From assembly GCA_039809125.1 (NCBI GenBank), contig JBDHUM010000001.1, forward strand, positions 14,711 through 78,710: 64,000 bases of DNA, in the 5' to 3' direction. Position 1 is the first letter of the stretch, and each line of letters opens with the position of its first letter. The position numbers were made by a program, and so were the translations under genes. The DNA is from Candidatus Saccharimonadaceae bacterium (GTDB lineage: Bacteria > Patescibacteriota > Saccharimonadia > Saccharimonadales > Saccharimonadaceae). The notes beneath the pieces are model-generated. The model was not told where the DNA came from and did not search any database. It saw only the letters and a program-made list of their open reading frames with translations. This document shows positions 39,576-49,142 of the stretch, in pieces.

Positions 39576-40472
39576 ATGAGAAAACCAACAAAAGCAATCA
39601 TTCCTGCAGCAGGGTTTGGCACGCGTTTTTTACCGCAGACGAAAGCAATGCCAAAAGAGATGTTACCTCTAATCGATAAGCCAATCATTCAATATGTTGT
39701 TGAAGAGCTCGTTGCAGCGGGTATAAAAGACATTATAATTGTAGGCAGTACGAATAAGCGTGCAATTGAGGATCACTTTGATATCCCAAACGAAGATTTA
39801 CTCGGAAATCTTCGAGCCGGTGGCGAAAAAAAGCGTCACTATATCGAGATGATTAATGACATTGCGAATATGGCGAATTTTGTGTACGTTCGACAGAAAG
39901 GTCCGTATGGAAATGCTACCCCGCTTGCTAGTGCAGCACATCTGATCGGAGAAGATGAACCGTTTATATATAAGTGGGCAGACGATTTCTTTACCCCGTC
40001 GGCAAATTCGACGCTTCAAATGATAAAGGTGTACGAACAGTATGGGGGAGGCGTATTTGCGTGTAAAACAGCTAGGCGTGATGAAGAATATAGTCAATAT
40101 GGTTTTGCGGCTGGAGAGAAAAGTGATGATTATACGCTAAAGATGACCTCGATTGTTGAAAAACCAGGTAGCAAGGACGATGCCCCTTCCAATCTAGCTA
40201 GTGTGAGCAACTACCTATTGCCATCGAAGTTGTTACAGTATATCGAAAAGGGTCTTAAAGAGCATAAAGAAGGTTCAGGTGAATTTACGTTTCAGCCCTT
40301 TGTACAACAAATGATTGACGATGGTCATGAGTTCTATGCTCGCGAGATCGTTGATGGAGAGTTTTATGACACCGGCAACCCGCTCGAATACTTAAAAACG
40401 GTGATTGATTTTGGACTTCGCGATCCAAAACTGGGTAAAGAGTTTGCCGCATATCTGAAATCTAGGGTATAA
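39576..40472 (+). CDS. galU: UTP--glucose-1-phosphate uridylyltransferase
   Basis: 'KAIIPAAGFGTRFLPQTKAMPKEMLP' and 'VEKP'. Confidence 0.9.
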   Translation: MRKPTKAIIPAAGFGTRFLPQTKAMPKEMLPLIDKPIIQYVVEELVAAGIKDIIIVGSTNKRAIEDHFDIPNEDLLGNLRAGGEKKRHYIEMINDIANMANFVYVRQKGPYGNATPLASAAHLIGEDEPFIYKWADDFFTPSANSTLQMIKVYEQYGGGVFACKTARRDEEYSQYGFAAGEKSDDYTLKMTSIVEKPGSKDDAPSNLASVSNYLLPSKLLQYIEKGLKEHKEGSGEFTFQPFVQQMIDDGHEFYAREIVDGEFYDTGNPLEYLKTVIDFGLRDPKLGKEFAAYLKSRV

Positions 40473-40494
40473 TATGTGATATAGCTATATCACA
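40468..40494 (+). promoter_or_regulatory. TATAAT followed by a perfect 20-bp palindrome (operator or hairpin)
   Basis: TATAAT at 40468-40473 overlaps the galU stop. TGTGATATAGCTATATCACA lies at 40475-40494. Confidence 0.5.
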
Positions 40495-40520
40495 AGCAAT
40501 TCAACAGAAAGGTTAAATAT

Positions 40521-40769
40521 ATGGACTGGGCTCAAGTACTTGTAATCATTCTATCTGTATTTTTGGCGATTTTCTTGGTTCTTGGGATCGTGCTTGTTGC
40601 ACTATTAATCAGAGTTGCTCGACAAATTAAATCGATCACTACGAGCGCCGAGCGTGCTGCCTTAAAAGCGGAGAGGGCTTTTGCGAATGTGAGTGCGGCT
40701 ACTTCGCCATCGGTGATCAGTAAGGTGGTGTCGACGTTTGTGAAAAGTTTTACGAATAAGAGTAAATAA
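40521..40769 (+). CDS. small membrane protein, DUF948-like
   Basis: 82 aa: an N-terminal TM helix and a helical tail. It precedes a YtxH gene, as in Firmicutes. Confidence 0.5.
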   Translation: MDWAQVLVIILSVFLAIFLVLGIVLVALLIRVARQIKSITTSAERAALKAERAFANVSAATSPSVISKVVSTFVKSFTNKSK

Positions 40770-40779
40770 GGAGGAAAAG

Positions 40780-41094
40780 ATGTCAAAAGGTAAATTTGCA
40801 CTCGGAGCAATCGTAGGAGCAGCTGTTGGAGCTGTCGTTGGAGTACTAACCGCACCGAAATCCGGTAAAGAAACAAGAGCTGATATAAAAAACAAAGCGT
40901 CGGAATTGTCGAAAGAGGCTGGAAATAAAGCGACGGCAGTCAAAGATAAAGCTAGTCAAAAAGCTGATGAGCTGAAAGGTCAAGCTGATAAAGTAGTTGA
41001 TGGAGCAAAAGGTACTGTCGAAGATTATCGTTCTCGAGCTGAGCGTGCGTTCAACGAAGCTAAAAATGAGTTCAATAAAGAAGCTAGTAAGTAG
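40780..41094 (+). CDS. YtxH-domain general-stress-type protein
   Basis: 'GAIVGAAVGAVVGVLTAPKSGKETRADIK' followed by a K/A/E-rich helix. AAGGAGGAAAAG lies directly before the ATG. Confidence 0.7.
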   Translation: MSKGKFALGAIVGAAVGAVVGVLTAPKSGKETRADIKNKASELSKEAGNKATAVKDKASQKADELKGQADKVVDGAKGTVEDYRSRAERAFNEAKNEFNKEASK

Positions 41095-41111
41095 TTTTTA
41101 GGGTATTTAGG

Positions 41112-41145
41112 TGTCCTCTTGCGTGTAAGTGAGAGGACATTTGTT
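41112..41145 (+). terminator. hairpin plus T-rich tail after the YtxH gene
   Basis: TGTCCTCT / AGAGGACA (8 bp, 12-nt loop), followed by TTTGTT. Confidence 0.5.
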
Positions 41146-41161
41146 ATACTAGTAAGTATGA
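41144..41161 (+). repeat. 18-nt promoter/start cassette TTATACTAGTAAGTATGA, copy 1
   Basis: Identical to 50945-50962. It contains TATACT, 7 nt, then ATG. Confidence 0.8.
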
Positions 41162-41442
41162 AGCGTATTAAATCGATCATAGCAAAAGTAAAAAACGATA
41201 ATGAAAAAGCTGCTCGAAAAGCAGTCCTCGAAGATATTTTTTACGACATGTACACGCGCCGATACTCTATCTACAAATTGAATTTTTTTCGCGGTGTATT
41301 TTTAGGCCTTGGAACAGTGCTTGGAGGCACGATTGTTGTTGCGTTAATAATTTGGATATTGGCTCTATTATCAGACGTAGTACCACCGCTAAAAAATTTC
41401 TTTGTATTAATCTCAGATCTACTCGAATCTGCAAAAAAATAA
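41158..41442 (+). CDS. hypothetical small membrane protein
   Basis: 94 aa from 'MKRIKSIIAK', with one central TM helix. The ATG lies 7 nt after TGtTATACT. Confidence 0.45.
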   Translation: MKRIKSIIAKVKNDNEKAARKAVLEDIFYDMYTRRYSIYKLNFFRGVFLGLGTVLGGTIVVALIIWILALLSDVVPPLKNFFVLISDLLESAKK

Positions 41443-41474
41443 TTTTCACTACAAGGTAGCCAGCTGTTTTTGGC

Positions 41475-41480
41475 TATAAT
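41475..41480 (+). promoter_or_regulatory. TATAAT 7 nt before the dnaE ATG
   Basis: TATAAT at 41475-41480, ATG at 41488. Confidence 0.5.
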
Positions 41481-41487
41481 AGGTAAT

Positions 41488-44400
41488 ATGGGAAAACAAA
41501 AGGTGGTAAAAAAGAGTTCTAATGGCTCACTAGCGCCATCTGATTTTGTTCATTTACACAATCATACGCACCACTCATTGCTTGACGGTCTAACGAAAAT
41601 TCCAGATCTTGTAAAACGATCAAAAGAGCTCGGTATGAATGCTGCGGCCGTGACCGATCATGGCACCATGAGTGGCTGCCTCGAATTTTATAAAGAAGCA
41701 ACCAGTAATGGATTTAAACCAATCCTAGGTATCGAAACGTATGTTGCAGCACGTTCACGACATGATCGTGATCCGGCCAAGGATAAGCGTCGATTTCACT
41801 TGATTTTGTTGGCGATGGATAATCAAGGCTATAAAAACCTGATGAAACTAGCAAGTTTAGCTGAACTTGAGGGTAAATACTATAAGCCACGAATCGACCA
41901 TGAATTGCTCGAAAAATACAACCAAGGAATTATCGCATTAAGCGGTTGTGCTAGTAGTGAAATTGGCGAAGCCTTGAAGAATGGCGACTACAAGACAGCA
42001 AAAGATATTGCTTTCTGGTATAAAAAAGTGTTTGGCGATCGTTACTACCTGGAACTACAGGATCACGGCCACCCTGATGCGCCGTCGCACTGGCCAGTAC
42101 AGGCTACTATCAATGAGGGTCTGATGAAGCTTGCTCAAGAATGTGGTTTGCTGGCAGTCGTAACCTGCGATGGCCATTATCTAAGTCATGATGACCAAGA
42201 AGCACACGAAATTTTACTTTGTGTTGGAACAGTATCCTATTTGAGTGATGAAAAACGAATGAGCCTTAAAGACTTCGAACTTCATTTAACCGACCCGCGT
42301 GATATTATTGCTCGCTGGGGCAAAACGTTTCCGCAAGCAGTCGAAAACACTCGCCGGATTGCGGATCGTTGCGATGTTACTATTGAGCTAGGTAAGATTT
42401 TGATTCCGAAATATCCTACACCGGATGGCGAAAGTGAAAAAGACTATTTGGAACGATTGGTCTGGCGAGGTCTTTTGTACCGATATGGTGGAAAGTCGAA
42501 ACAAGATGCAGCACATAGTAATGCTGAGAAAGTCAAAAAAATACTCTCGCAAGAAATCATTGAACGTACTGAGTACGAACTTAAGGTGATGGACAGTATG
42601 GGCTATAATGGCTACTTTTTGATTGTGCAAGATTTTATTAATTGGGGAAAAGATCGCGGGATTATCTTTGGTCCAGGACGCGGTAGCGCTGCGGGGTCGA
42701 TTGTGTCATACGCTCTTAGTATCACAGAAATCGACCCGATGAAGTATTCGTTGATGTTCGAAAGGTTTCTAAACCCGAGCCGTATATCGATGCCTGATAT
42801 TGATATAGATATTCAAGACACTAGGCGAGATGAAGTAATTCGCTACTGTGCTAATAAGTACGGTGACGCACGCGTTGCGAATATAGTTACCTTCGGCAAA
42901 ATGGCGGCTCGCGCTGCCGTGCGTGATGTTGCGCGCGTGTTACAGGTTCCGTATGGCGAGAGTGATCGATTATCAAAAATGATTCCTCCACCTGTACAGG
43001 GACGACATATTCCACTTGAGAAGAGCATCCAACAGGATGCCGATTTGAAACGGGAATATGAAAGTAATTCTACGGCCAAACAAGTTTTTGACTACGCAAT
43101 CCGCCTTGAGGGAACAATTCGTTCACACGGGGTTCATGCAGCCGGTGTCGTGATTGCTCCAGATGATATTGTAAACTATGTACCGCTAGAAATGACGCAA
43201 AAAGGGGTGGTGGCAACACAATATCCGATGGGGCCAGTTGAGGAACTAGGATTGCTCAAAATGGATTTTTTGGGTCTCTCAAATTTGACTATTATCAAGA
43301 ATGCTCTGCGTATTATTAAAAAAGCATATCAAGAGGAGCTTTCGCTAGGTGCGATACCGGCCAATGACGATGAAACCTTAGCACTGTTTCGTCGTGGTGA
43401 CACAACTGGCGTATTTCAGTTTGAATCAGCCGGAATGAAGCGGTATCTAAAAGAACTGCAGCCAAACGAATTTTCTGATCTTGTCGCGATGAACGCGCTG
43501 TATCGTCCCGGTCCAATGTCGGAAATACCTCGATTTATTGCTGGCAAAAACGACCCATCAAGTATTTTGTATCTTCATGAATCACTTGAGCCGATCTTGA
43601 GTGAGACGTATGGTGTAATGGTTTATCAGGAACAGATTATTAATTTGCTTCAACTTATAGCAGGTTATACTCCAGGTGAAGCTGATTTGGTACGTAAGGC
43701 AATTGGGAAAAAGAAGCGTGACATTATGCAGGCGGAAGAACCCAAGTTTATCGCTGGCTGTTTGAAACAGGGATTAAGTCGCACGGCTGCCGAAAAATTA
43801 TGGGCGCAAATTCAGCCTTTTGCCGATTATTCCTTTAACAAAGCGCATGCTACTTGCTATTCGCAAATAGCGTACTGGACTGCGTACCTAAAGGCGCACT
43901 ACCCAGACGCATTTATGGCTGCACTCATGACAAGTGATCAAGACGATACTGATCGGCTAGCAATTGAAATGGCTGAGTGTAAGCATATGGGCATATCGGT
44001 GCTAGGCCCTGAGGTAAACCAGTCGTATGTAGAATTTGCGGTTGTGCCAAATAATAAACAAATACGCTTTGGAATGGCAGCTGTCAAAGGCGTTGGTGTC
44101 GGAGCAGTCGAAGAAATTTTACGTGCTCGCGAAACAGGTGAGTTTACAAGCGTAGAAGATTTTGCGACTCGAGTCTCGAACACTAAAGTCAATAAAAAAT
44201 CTTGGGAATCACTTATAAAGACAGGGGCATTCGACAAATTTGTTGATCGCTCCGACTTGTTATATAACCTAGAGGATATATTGTCGTTTGCCTCTAAACT
44301 CCAAAAGGAAAAGCTTTCCGGTCAAGCAGATTTGTTTGGTGAACTCAGTGACGACTCATCAATTCGCGCTCGGTTAACACTGCAGTCGGCACCAGCTAAA

Positions 44401-45162
44401 TATACGATGAAAGAGCAGTTGTCTTGGGAACGTGAGTTGTTGGGGATTTATCTCAGTGCTCACCCGCTTGATTCATTTGAACTATTTTTACATGAACAAA
44501 CAATTTCCCTAGCGAAACTAACGCCAGAGATTGATGGTCAGCACGTAACGGTTGGAGGGCTTGTGACAACGGTTCGTACGATCGTGACGAAAAACGGCAA
44601 GAAGATGGCATTCATTGGGTTGGAGGATAAAACAAATGAAGGAGAGATTATTGTTTTTCCGAACCTATATGAAACGCTTGGTGATCAACTACGTCAAGAT
44701 ACTATCATTAAAGCAGCTGGCAAAATTTCTGCACGTGATAAAGATGGTACACTGGGAAGCGAAGCGAAACTTATTGCTGATGAAATAAGCATTTTGGATG
44801 AAAAAAACTTGCGCAGTTACGAATCAACTGGTAATGCAATGAAAGCGCCAGAAAATAGAGCTCCTTACCGGAAAAAGGTGTCAAAAAACGCTAGCGCAGC
44901 AAAAGCTAGTGTGGTGCCAGCTGTAAGTCTAGCTCCGCCGCAAGCTCTCTATTTGCGGGTTGAAGATCCAAGTAACACTGATGTTCTTTTGGCCCTAAAA
45001 GCTTCATGTGCGGAGTTTCCAGGTGACTCTATGGTAGTGCTAGTGATAGGCACTGAAATTGACAAAAAAGCGTTAAGAATGCCGTTTAAAGTTACAGTCG
45101 AGCAGGAGCTAATAAAACGGCTTACAGAAATCATATCAAGCGATCACGTAATTCTTAAGTAG
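41488..45162 (+). CDS. dnaE: DNA polymerase III alpha subunit
   Basis: PHP domain '[15 protein letters not shown]', polymerase core and OB fold. ATG 41488 lies 7 nt after TATAAT. Confidence 0.95.
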   Translation: MGKQKVVKKSSNGSLAPSDFVHLHNHTHHSLLDGLTKIPDLVKRSKELGMNAAAVTDHGTMSGCLEFYKEATSNGFKPILGIETYVAARSRHDRDPAKDKRRFHLILLAMDNQGYKNLMKLASLAELEGKYYKPRIDHELLEKYNQGIIALSGCASSEIGEALKNGDYKTAKDIAFWYKKVFGDRYYLELQDHGHPDAPSHWPVQATINEGLMKLAQECGLLAVVTCDGHYLSHDDQEAHEILLCVGTVSYLSDEKRMSLKDFELHLTDPRDIIARWGKTFPQAVENTRRIADRCDVTIELGKILIPKYPTPDGESEKDYLERLVWRGLLYRYGGKSKQDAAHSNAEKVKKILSQEIIERTEYELKVMDSMGYNGYFLIVQDFINWGKDRGIIFGPGRGSAAGSIVSYALSITEIDPMKYSLMFERFLNPSRISMPDIDIDIQDTRRDEVIRYCANKYGDARVANIVTFGKMAARAAVRDVARVLQVPYGESDRLSKMIPPPVQGRHIPLEKSIQQDADLKREYESNSTAKQVFDYAIRLEGTIRSHGVHAAGVVIAPDDIVNYVPLEMTQKGVVATQYPMGPVEELGLLKMDFLGLSNLTIIKNALRIIKKAYQEELSLGAIPANDDETLALFRRGDTTGVFQFESAGMKRYLKELQPNEFSDLVAMNALYRPGPMSEIPRFIAGKNDPSSILYLHESLEPILSETYGVMVYQEQIINLLQLIAGYTPGEADLVRKAIGKKKRDIMQAEEPKFIAGCLKQGLSRTAAEKLWAQIQPFADYSFNKAHATCYSQIAYWTAYLKAHYPDAFMAALMTSDQDDTDRLAIEMAECKHMGISVLGPEVNQSYVEFAVVPNNKQIRFGMAAVKGVGVGAVEEILRARETGEFTSVEDFATRVSNTKVNKKSWESLIKTGAFDKFVDRSDLLYNLEDILSFASKLQKEKLSGQADLFGELSDDSSIRARLTLQSAPAKYTMKEQLSWERELLGIYLSAHPLDSFELFLHEQTISLAKLTPEIDGQHVTVGGLVTTVRTIVTKNGKKMAFIGLEDKTNEGEIIVFPNLYETLGDQLRQDTIIKAAGKISARDKDGTLGSEAKLIADEISILDEKNLRSYESTGNAMKAPENRAPYRKKVSKNASAAKASVVPAVSLAPPQALYLRVEDPSNTDVLLALKASCAEFPGDSMVVLVIGTEIDKKALRMPFKVTVEQELIKRLTEIISSDHVILK

Positions 45163-45658
45163 TCGCAGTGAGTGCGTACAGTGCAACTCCAGTCGCTACA
45201 CTAACATTAAATGATTCTTTTTGACCTTTCATCGGAATCTCTAAAATAGTATCACAGTTTTTGAGTAGTATAGGAGTAATACCATTTATTTCTTCGCCGA
45301 GAAGTAATGCAAATTCGCTCGGAGCTACGAAGCTTCCAAGCGGAATGCTGTTAAATGATTGTTCAAGTGCAATTAACGGCAGGTTAGCATGTAATCGGTT
45401 TTGGCTAATCCAAGAATCAATTGTTTCATAGCGTTCGAACGGGACTAGACTTTCGGCACCTAGAGCGGTCTTATGAATTTGAGAAGTAATTTTTTCAGCA
45501 ATATGGGGCAGTCGAGTATCGTGATCAATATGAGGATAAGGTGTGTAGCCACTAAGAATTATTTTTTCAACACCAAACCCTTCGGCAGTACGAAAAATTG
45601 ATCCAACATTGTAGGTAGAGCGAATATTATCTAAGATAAGAGTTATTTTTGCTGACAT
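45155..45658 (-). CDS. SpoU/TrmH-family RNA 2'-O-methyltransferase
   Basis: 'NVGSIFRTAEGFGV', 'LLLGEEINGI' and 'IPMKGQKESFNVSVATGVALY'. Confidence 0.85.
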   Translation of the reverse strand: MSAKITLILDNIRSTYNVGSIFRTAEGFGVEKIILSGYTPYPHIDHDTRLPHIAEKITSQIHKTALGAESLVPFERYETIDSWISQNRLHANLPLIALEQSFNSIPLGSFVAPSEFALLLGEEINGITPILLKNCDTILEIPMKGQKESFNVSVATGVALYALTATT

Positions 45659-45710
45659 GCCCTCATTGTATCACTCCTCAAACCATGAGCGATTTGCTAT
45701 ACTAACACTA

Positions 45711-47336
45711 ATGGACGAAGACAAAGTACAGCAACAGCGGCGCGAACATGACGAAAGTGCAACAGCGCAGCGAGCGGCTATTTTAGGTACACCATATGTT
45801 GACACTCGGTCAGTCGAAGCGAGTCTCCCGCTTCTTCATGATGTTTTGAGTATTAAGGAAATGTACGATGGTCGTCTGGTACCTCTTTTGTACAATGAGG
45901 ATGAAAATCAAACAACATTTGGTATAACGACGCAAACACCTCAATCGGTGATGAGCGCTCTACGCAAAAGATATCAAGATGAAGGTAGGGGCATTGATTT
46001 TGGTCTTATTAGCAATAGCGGTTTCCGAGCACTGATGGTTCGGTATGACCCACCAAAAGAAGTTGTTTATAACGATATTGAGATCAGCAAAGAAGGCGAT
46101 AGCCAGACACTCAATCGGGTCAGTCGGACCCTCGAGACGGTTGGCACTGAAGCGCTATTTGATTTTTTAATCAACCAAGCCGATAAGCTTGGTGCGAGCG
46201 ATATTCATATTGAAAATGAACGAGTTGGAATACGAGTGCGTATGCGGGTTGACGGCGCACTGCACACGGTAGCGCATCTTAGTAAGGACCGCTATCGGGT
46301 AATCATTGGCGAGCTTGGTCGTCGAGCAAATATTTCGACTGCAGCGGCCGAGCCACAGTCGGGACATGTTCAGCATGAAGTTGTCGCAGAAAGCGGAACA
46401 CACCTCTTAAACCTGCGCGTTGAAACAATTCCAACGATGTACGGACAAGATGCAGTGCTGCGTCTATTTAATTTTGATGAGTCCTTACTAAACCTTGATC
46501 GACTTGGGATTGCACCAGTATTCCGTAAACAAATCGATGAGGTTATTAGCCATCCGCGCGGACTTGTATTGATGGTTGGTCCTACTGGAAGTGGTAAATC
46601 GACAACCCTGTATAGCATGATTAGTGCCCTCAATACGCCCGATCGCAAAATACTGACGCTAGAAGACCCAGTCGAGTATGGTTTGACCGGCGTGACGCAA
46701 GTTCCGGTTGATACCACGCACGGACAAAGCTTTGCTGATCATTTAAGAAGTGTATTGCGTCTTGATCCCGATGTTGTGATGGTGGGTGAGATTCGCGACC
46801 AAGATACCGCTCGTACTGCGATCCAGGCATCGATAACAGGCCATTTGGTGCTAAGTAGCTTTCACGCTAACTCTACGTCTGCGGCCTTTGCACGCATGAT
46901 TGATTTGATCGGTCAGAACCCAATTTTTAGTACGGCTATCCGCTTGGTAATTGCCCAGCGTCTGGTGCGCTGTCTTCATAACGAGAGTAAGCAGGAATAC
47001 GAACCTGATGAAGCCACGAAAGCATATGTACGGCGAGTGTTGGCTGACATACCAAATGACTACCCAGATAAGCCAAACCTTGATTCATTTAAACTTTATA
47101 AACCTGTTCCGACTGAAGCGTTTCCGTTTGGCTATAAAGGCCGAATCATTATTATGGAACAGCTACTAGTGAATGAAGAGATTCAAAAGTTCATTCGCGG
47201 GGACATAAACGATATCAATGCAGAGGCAATTGAAAAAGCCGCTAAGGCAGGTGGCATGATTACACTCGAGCAAGCTGGTGTACTTGCAGCCCTGCGCGGC
47301 GAAACTACACTTGAAGAAGTTGGTAGGGTGGTATAG
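45711..47336 (+). CDS. GspE/PilB-type secretion/type IV pilus assembly ATPase
   Basis: T2SSE N-terminal domain, Walker A 'GPTGSGKSTTLYS', 'LRLDPDVVMVGEIRD' and 'TGHLVLSSFHAN'. I chose ATG 45711, which lies 7 nt after TGcTATACT. Confidence 0.85.
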   Translation: MDEDKVQQQRREHDESATAQRAAILGTPYVDTRSVEASLPLLHDVLSIKEMYDGRLVPLLYNEDENQTTFGITTQTPQSVMSALRKRYQDEGRGIDFGLISNSGFRALMVRYDPPKEVVYNDIEISKEGDSQTLNRVSRTLETVGTEALFDFLINQADKLGASDIHIENERVGIRVRMRVDGALHTVAHLSKDRYRVIIGELGRRANISTAAAEPQSGHVQHEVVAESGTHLLNLRVETIPTMYGQDAVLRLFNFDESLLNLDRLGIAPVFRKQIDEVISHPRGLVLMVGPTGSGKSTTLYSMISALNTPDRKILTLEDPVEYGLTGVTQVPVDTTHGQSFADHLRSVLRLDPDVVMVGEIRDQDTARTAIQASITGHLVLSSFHANSTSAAFARMIDLIGQNPIFSTAIRLVIAQRLVRCLHNESKQEYEPDEATKAYVRRVLADIPNDYPDKPNLDSFKLYKPVPTEAFPFGYKGRIIIMEQLLVNEEIQKFIRGDINDINAEAIEKAAKAGGMITLEQAGVLAALRGETTLEEVGRVV

Positions 47337-47357
47337 CTATTTAGTCACGTTATTAAA

Positions 47358-47386
47358 TTGACATATAGTCATTGTTCGGATATAGT
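47358..47386 (+). promoter_or_regulatory. near-consensus sigma70-type promoter TTGACA-17-TATAGT for the orphan gene
   Basis: TTGACA at 47358-47363, TATAGT at 47381-47386. ATG 47393 lies 6 nt after the -10 element. Confidence 0.7.
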
Positions 47387-47392
47387 ATATAA

Positions 47393-49090
47393 ATGGATTC
47401 TTATACTAATCAACCTGTTTATACTGATTCGGAGCCCACAGATCAGGAGATTATAGACGATTTAGAAGAAACAAACGGGCAATTTCTCAGAGATGCCCTT
47501 GAAGTTTGGAAAACACAGGTAACCATCTGGGGCACGGCAGTGGATAATCTAAGAACTGCTCGAGAAAATGGTTTAAAAACTCTCAGCAATGGTGTAGCGA
47601 CAATTTCTGAATATTTACCATTTGCTGAAAAAATTTTAGAATTAGCAAAAAGCAAACAACGATACTGCGAGAAAAGTCTTGAAGTTCTTGATACTTTGGC
47701 ACATAAAATACTCACCGAGGACGTATTGAAGGCTGTAATAGAGGGTGTGGCAGCACAAACAGCTAGTCACAAAAAATACCTGGTAGATAGGTATGGAAAT
47801 GAACTAAAGATGATATTTCCGGAAAAGATCGCTGAAGTTAACATTCCAAAATTTATTCCTGGTGATGTCTGTGTTCCTCCCGTAAAAACATTACAGCGTC
47901 AACACGAACTGATGCCCTCTGTAGCCGATAAAGTCTATATGGATGCTTCGCAAAGTGCAAGACAGTGTGTTGAAAGAGATTTCGGAATAGGCCTGGAGCA
48001 AGTTGTAAATGACACTCTTGAAAGCCTGCATGAGAGTGATATAGAGAGGGTTCTACGGGAAATTGTTGTAACGTTATTAGAAGTTGATTCTAAAAGCAGT
48101 GAAGGTATGGACGATGGCGCAGGAGAGACGGTTCAAAAGCCGCAACTTGACGACTGGATATATATTGCAAATGAACGGGAAAGAACAGCAAAAAAACTGC
48201 AAATGGAGAAAAAAATTTCATTGGAGCAACGGGAGATTAATAAAGGCCTCAGTCGAGTAGATGTGCCTGACACTGAACATATCAATGACGTAGTAGTCGA
48301 CGCGCTAGCTATTATTATGGCTGGTGTAAAAGATGCCATTGATGTGGATACGGAAACGTTGTTCAAAAACATTCTCGAAAAGGAACTAAGACTCCTTAAG
48401 CAGCGTCTTATGAACGGTTCTATATCAAGCATACCGTCTGATTATGCAGGGAGACCAGTAAAAAGACGCGCAAATGGTGGTGTAGGATATAAGCAGGAAA
48501 ATAGTCCAGCAATACCTTGCGCGGAGGAAGATTGTAAGCTCGTAGAGCATAATATGTTTGATACAGTAGAGAGGATATCCTTTCCGTGGCTAGATAAAGG
48601 GGACGATCGTCAAGTTATAATAAAAGAAGTAGATGGCGTGAAAGTTGGTTTTATTGATGCACGGAGCCCCGCAGCCTTAAGAATCGAAGAAAAAACATTT
48701 GATGGTTCAGACGGCAAGGTAGGTGGTGCAATAGACCCTAGTATCGCAAGAAGGATTGAAGTTGCGATGAAAATGGCAGCGGGTAATATACTACAAAGAA
48801 CCCTTGCGCCCCTCAGAAACTTTAATGAAGGTGGTCGACGGTACCCATATAATATATATTCACCAAAAACCAAGCACTCTGCAACACCTGTCCGTTCATA
48901 TTTTTCTTTGCTACGACCCGGCGTTTCACCCGAAGTAGATGATAGTGGCATATTTAATAGGACAGGTGTTGAGTGTATCGTGCTGTACATGGGGTCGTCA
49001 GGAAAAGGTGCTTCGCAGCGAGATCTAATGGTAGAACTGATGGAGACTAATAATACAGCATTGCTACGCGCTTCAGGGTTTGGCGGGTAA
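47393..49090 (+). CDS. hypothetical 565-aa soluble protein (orphan)
   Basis: Long intact ORF with no TM segment, signal peptide or motif that I recognise. It has its own consensus promoter. Codon usage is atypical (AGA/AGG-rich). Confidence 0.6.
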   Translation: MDSYTNQPVYTDSEPTDQEIIDDLEETNGQFLRDALEVWKTQVTIWGTAVDNLRTARENGLKTLSNGVATISEYLPFAEKILELAKSKQRYCEKSLEVLDTLAHKILTEDVLKAVIEGVAAQTASHKKYLVDRYGNELKMIFPEKIAEVNIPKFIPGDVCVPPVKTLQRQHELMPSVADKVYMDASQSARQCVERDFGIGLEQVVNDTLESLHESDIERVLREIVVTLLEVDSKSSEGMDDGAGETVQKPQLDDWIYIANERERTAKKLQMEKKISLEQREINKGLSRVDVPDTEHINDVVVDALAIIMAGVKDAIDVDTETLFKNILEKELRLLKQRLMNGSISSIPSDYAGRPVKRRANGGVGYKQENSPAIPCAEEDCKLVEHNMFDTVERISFPWLDKGDDRQVIIKEVDGVKVGFIDARSPAALRIEEKTFDGSDGKVGGAIDPSIARRIEVAMKMAAGNILQRTLAPLRNFNEGGRRYPYNIYSPKTKHSATPVRSYFSLLRPGVSPEVDDSGIFNRTGVECIVLYMGSSGKGASQRDLMVELMETNNTALLRASGFGG

Positions 49091-49142
49091 ATATCGTATA
49101 TTTACTGCTGACCCATTTGAGTATAAATTATTAAAAAATGAT

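Noticed and set aside
40475-40494. The TGTGA...TCACA palindrome read as a CRP/FNR-type site
   Set aside because: The CRP consensus spacing is TGTGA-N6-TCACA, whereas here the spacer is N10. I kept it only as a generic operator or hairpin candidate.
49091-49142. Terminator between the orphan gene and the malic enzyme gene
   Set aside because: Only a 6-bp all-A/T stem (AAATAT-cgt-ATATTT) is present, which is too weak to call.
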